Assembly: GCA_045579745.1 (NCBI GenBank)
Contig: JAZNMQ010000046.1
Coordinates: forward strand, 15,301 to 79,300
Source: Candidatus Flemingiibacterium sp.
GTDB taxonomy: Bacteria; Bacillota; Clostridia; Oscillospirales; CAG-272
Direction: 5' to 3'
Length of the DNA stretch: 64,000 nt
Shown: in pieces, positions 62,670-64,000 of the stretch
Position numbering within the stretch: the first letter of the stretch is position 1
How the letters are laid out: each line of letters begins with the position of its first letter
Position numbers and translations under genes: made by a program
Notes under the pieces: generated by a model
Seen by the model: the letters and a program-made list of their open reading frames with translations, nothing else
Database searches by the model: none
Told to the model about the DNA's origin: nothing

Positions 62670-64000
62670 ATTCCTCCGCTTCCTCGTAAAGCTCCATTAA
62701 ACGGGCTTCAACCTCTTGCTGTCGGGTGAAAAGCTCATTTACCTTTACATAATCCGCTTGAATTGATTCATCCTCCAAAGCATCGGTCAGCTCTTTAAGC
62801 TCAGCCTCGAGTGCTTCTGTTTCGGCGGCGTTCTTTCTCATCCGAGCACGGATTTTACGCTTTTCGGATGCTTGATTCTTCGCCTTTAAATATTGGTCCT
62901 TTGACTCGGTAATAACGTCTTCGACGGAGGCTTGCTTTGACGGAGCGTATTTTTCGCGGTATTCCTTGTAATCCGAGTATCCGCCGATATAGTCGAGCGC
63001 GGGATGAACTCCGAGGTCAAGCACGCGAGTTGCAAGCTTGCCGATAAAATATCTGTCATGGGATACGGCGATTATTGTGCCGTCAAATTCCAAAAGCGCA
63101 TTTTCAAGTGCTTCTCTTGAATTAATATCAAGGTGGTTTGTTGGCTCATCAAGTATGAGCAAATTCATGCGTGACAGAATGAGCTTGCAAAGCGTGAGCC
63201 GCGCTTTTTCGCCGCCGCTCAATACGGAAACCTTTTTTTCGATATCATCGCCCTTGAACAAGAAGAGCGCAAGAGCCGAGCGTATTTCCGTTTGAGTGAG
63301 GTTTTCATAGCAATCCCACAGCTCATCAAGCACAGTGTTATTGGGGTTCAGATTTTGGTTTTCCTGGTCATAATATCCGACGGTGACGTTATAGCCGTAT
63401 TCGAAATCGCCCGAGTCGGCTTCAAGCTTGTCCGCAAGTATTTTAATCATAGTGGATTTTCCGCAGCCGTTCGGACCTGCGATAAACAGATGGTCGTGCT
63501 TCTTGACAAGGTATGAAACATCGGAAAACAGAGGCTTGTTGGGATAACTCTTTGTGAGCCCTCTTACCTCCAAAACATCGTTTCCGCTTTCGCCCGATTT
63601 TGTAAATGAAAGGCGAATCTTGTCGGGAAGGTTTTCGGGACGGTCGATTTTCACCATTCGGTCGAGTGCTTTTTGTCTGCTCTCGGCGGCAATAATGTTG
63701 CGCTCGCGATTCCAGCGGCGCTGCTGCTCGATATATGCCTCGATTCGCGCAATTTCCTTTTGCTGATTTTTATACTGACGCTCGCGTATGGAGCGGTTTT
63801 CTTTTTTGAGCTCCACATATTTTGTATAGTTGCCGTTGTAAAGCTCGGAATGAGTGTTTTCGATTTCGAGCGTTTTTGTTGTGACCTTATCAAGGAACCA
63901 ACGGTCGTGCGAAATAACAAGAAGCGTTCCTTTATACTGCGACAGAAAATCCTCAAGCCATGCAAGTGTTTCTATATCGAGATGGTTGGTCGGCTCGTCG
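62656..64000 (-). CDS. ABC-F family ATPase (translation factor type), C-terminal two-thirds; N-terminus beyond window end
   Basis: I translated upstream of the track's GVG-start. The frame stays open to 64000 (DEPTNHLDIETLAWLEDFLSQYKGTLLVISHDRWFLDKV...). Order: Walker B/H-loop of ABC1, a linker (QQRRWNRE), ABC2 with GPNGCGKST, LSGGEKARL and LLILDEPTNHLD, then a coiled-coil acidic tail. Confidence 0.88.
   Translation of the reverse strand, partial: DEPTNHLDIETLAWLEDFLSQYKGTLLVISHDRWFLDKVTTKTLEIENTHSELYNGNYTKYVELKKENRSIRERQYKNQQKEIARIEAYIEQQRRWNRERNIIAAESRQKALDRMVKIDRPENLPDKIRLSFTKSGESGNDVLEVRGLTKSYPNKPLFSDVSYLVKKHDHLFIAGPNGCGKSTMIKILADKLEADSGDFEYGYNVTVGYYDQENQNLNPNNTVLDELWDCYENLTQTEIRSALALFLFKGDDIEKKVSVLSGGEKARLTLCKLILSRMNLLILDEPTNHLDINSREALENALLEFDGTIIAVSHDRYFIGKLATRVLDLGVHPALDYIGGYSDYKEYREKYAPSKQASVEDVITESKDQYLKAKNQASEKRKIRARMRKNAAETEALEAELKELTDALEDESIQADYVKVNELFTRQQEVEARLMELYEEAEEFDED

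Noticed and set aside
1-64000. Whole-window scan for CRISPR repeats, IS or transposon inverted repeats, integrase/recombinase genes, phage genes, tRNA/rRNA genes, and known defence-system gene sets.
   Set aside because: None were seen by eye. Repeats are limited to short hairpins, the 18-bp palindrome and a 14-nt intragenic direct repeat. By-eye screening cannot exclude diverged or very short elements.

Overview
This 64 kb window looks like core chromosome of a low-to-mid GC Firmicute, probably a Clostridia/Oscillospirales-type organism. That placement is inferred from gene content and synteny only. Coding density is high. I found no rRNA, tRNA, CRISPR array, IS element, transposase, integrase or prophage signature.

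Gene order: DUF1015 protein, HPr-like, trmL, rpsT, rpoB-rpoC, a membrane-anchored MerR regulator, and serC-serA. Next is an accessory-looking block: nucleoside hydrolase, Mn-catalase, an ANT-like nucleotidyltransferase, a sugar isomerase and two Gfo/Idh/MocA oxidoreductases. Then come rpsU, the SRP RNA, dnaX-ybaB-recR, yceD-rpmF, a hypothetical plus a GNAT, and rqcH. A long co-directional run follows: dprA-topA-trmFO-plsX-rnc-radical SAM-smc-ftsY, rdgB, then yhbY-nadD-yqeK-LCP-rsfS-leuS. After that: ogg, a Cys-rich repeat protein, a Gfo oxidoreductase divergent from an AraC regulator, a metallophosphoesterase, ahcY, and srtB-methyltransferase-GT2. The window ends with a small Cys/acidic membrane protein, an HExxH lipoprotein, a small membrane protein, prfB, a GT4 glycosyltransferase and a truncated ABC-F ATPase.

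rpmF (58 codons) and the SRP RNA are missing from the ORF track and were found by reading the sequence. Many operon starts carry near-consensus sigma-A promoters (TTGACA/TTGAAA, 17 bp spacer, TATAAT). Many operon ends have clear stem-loop terminators.

I see no convincing defence island or mobile system. The items most worth a second look are:
- the 58.0-60.1 kb locus, where two small membrane proteins share a DACC-x-E motif and flank a gluzincin-like lipoprotein;
- a protein built from two CxxC-x33/34-CxxHY modules;
- an aminoglycoside-nucleotidyltransferase-like gene translationally coupled into a sugar/cyclitol oxidoreductase operon;
- a nested-helix leader upstream of ahcY;
- a His15-less HPr-like mini-protein;
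- a 66-residue poly-acidic tail on RpoB;
- a MerR regulator with a multi-TM C-terminus behind a 19-bp-spacer promoter.

All family calls rest on motif recognition by eye. No database search or RNA folding was run.
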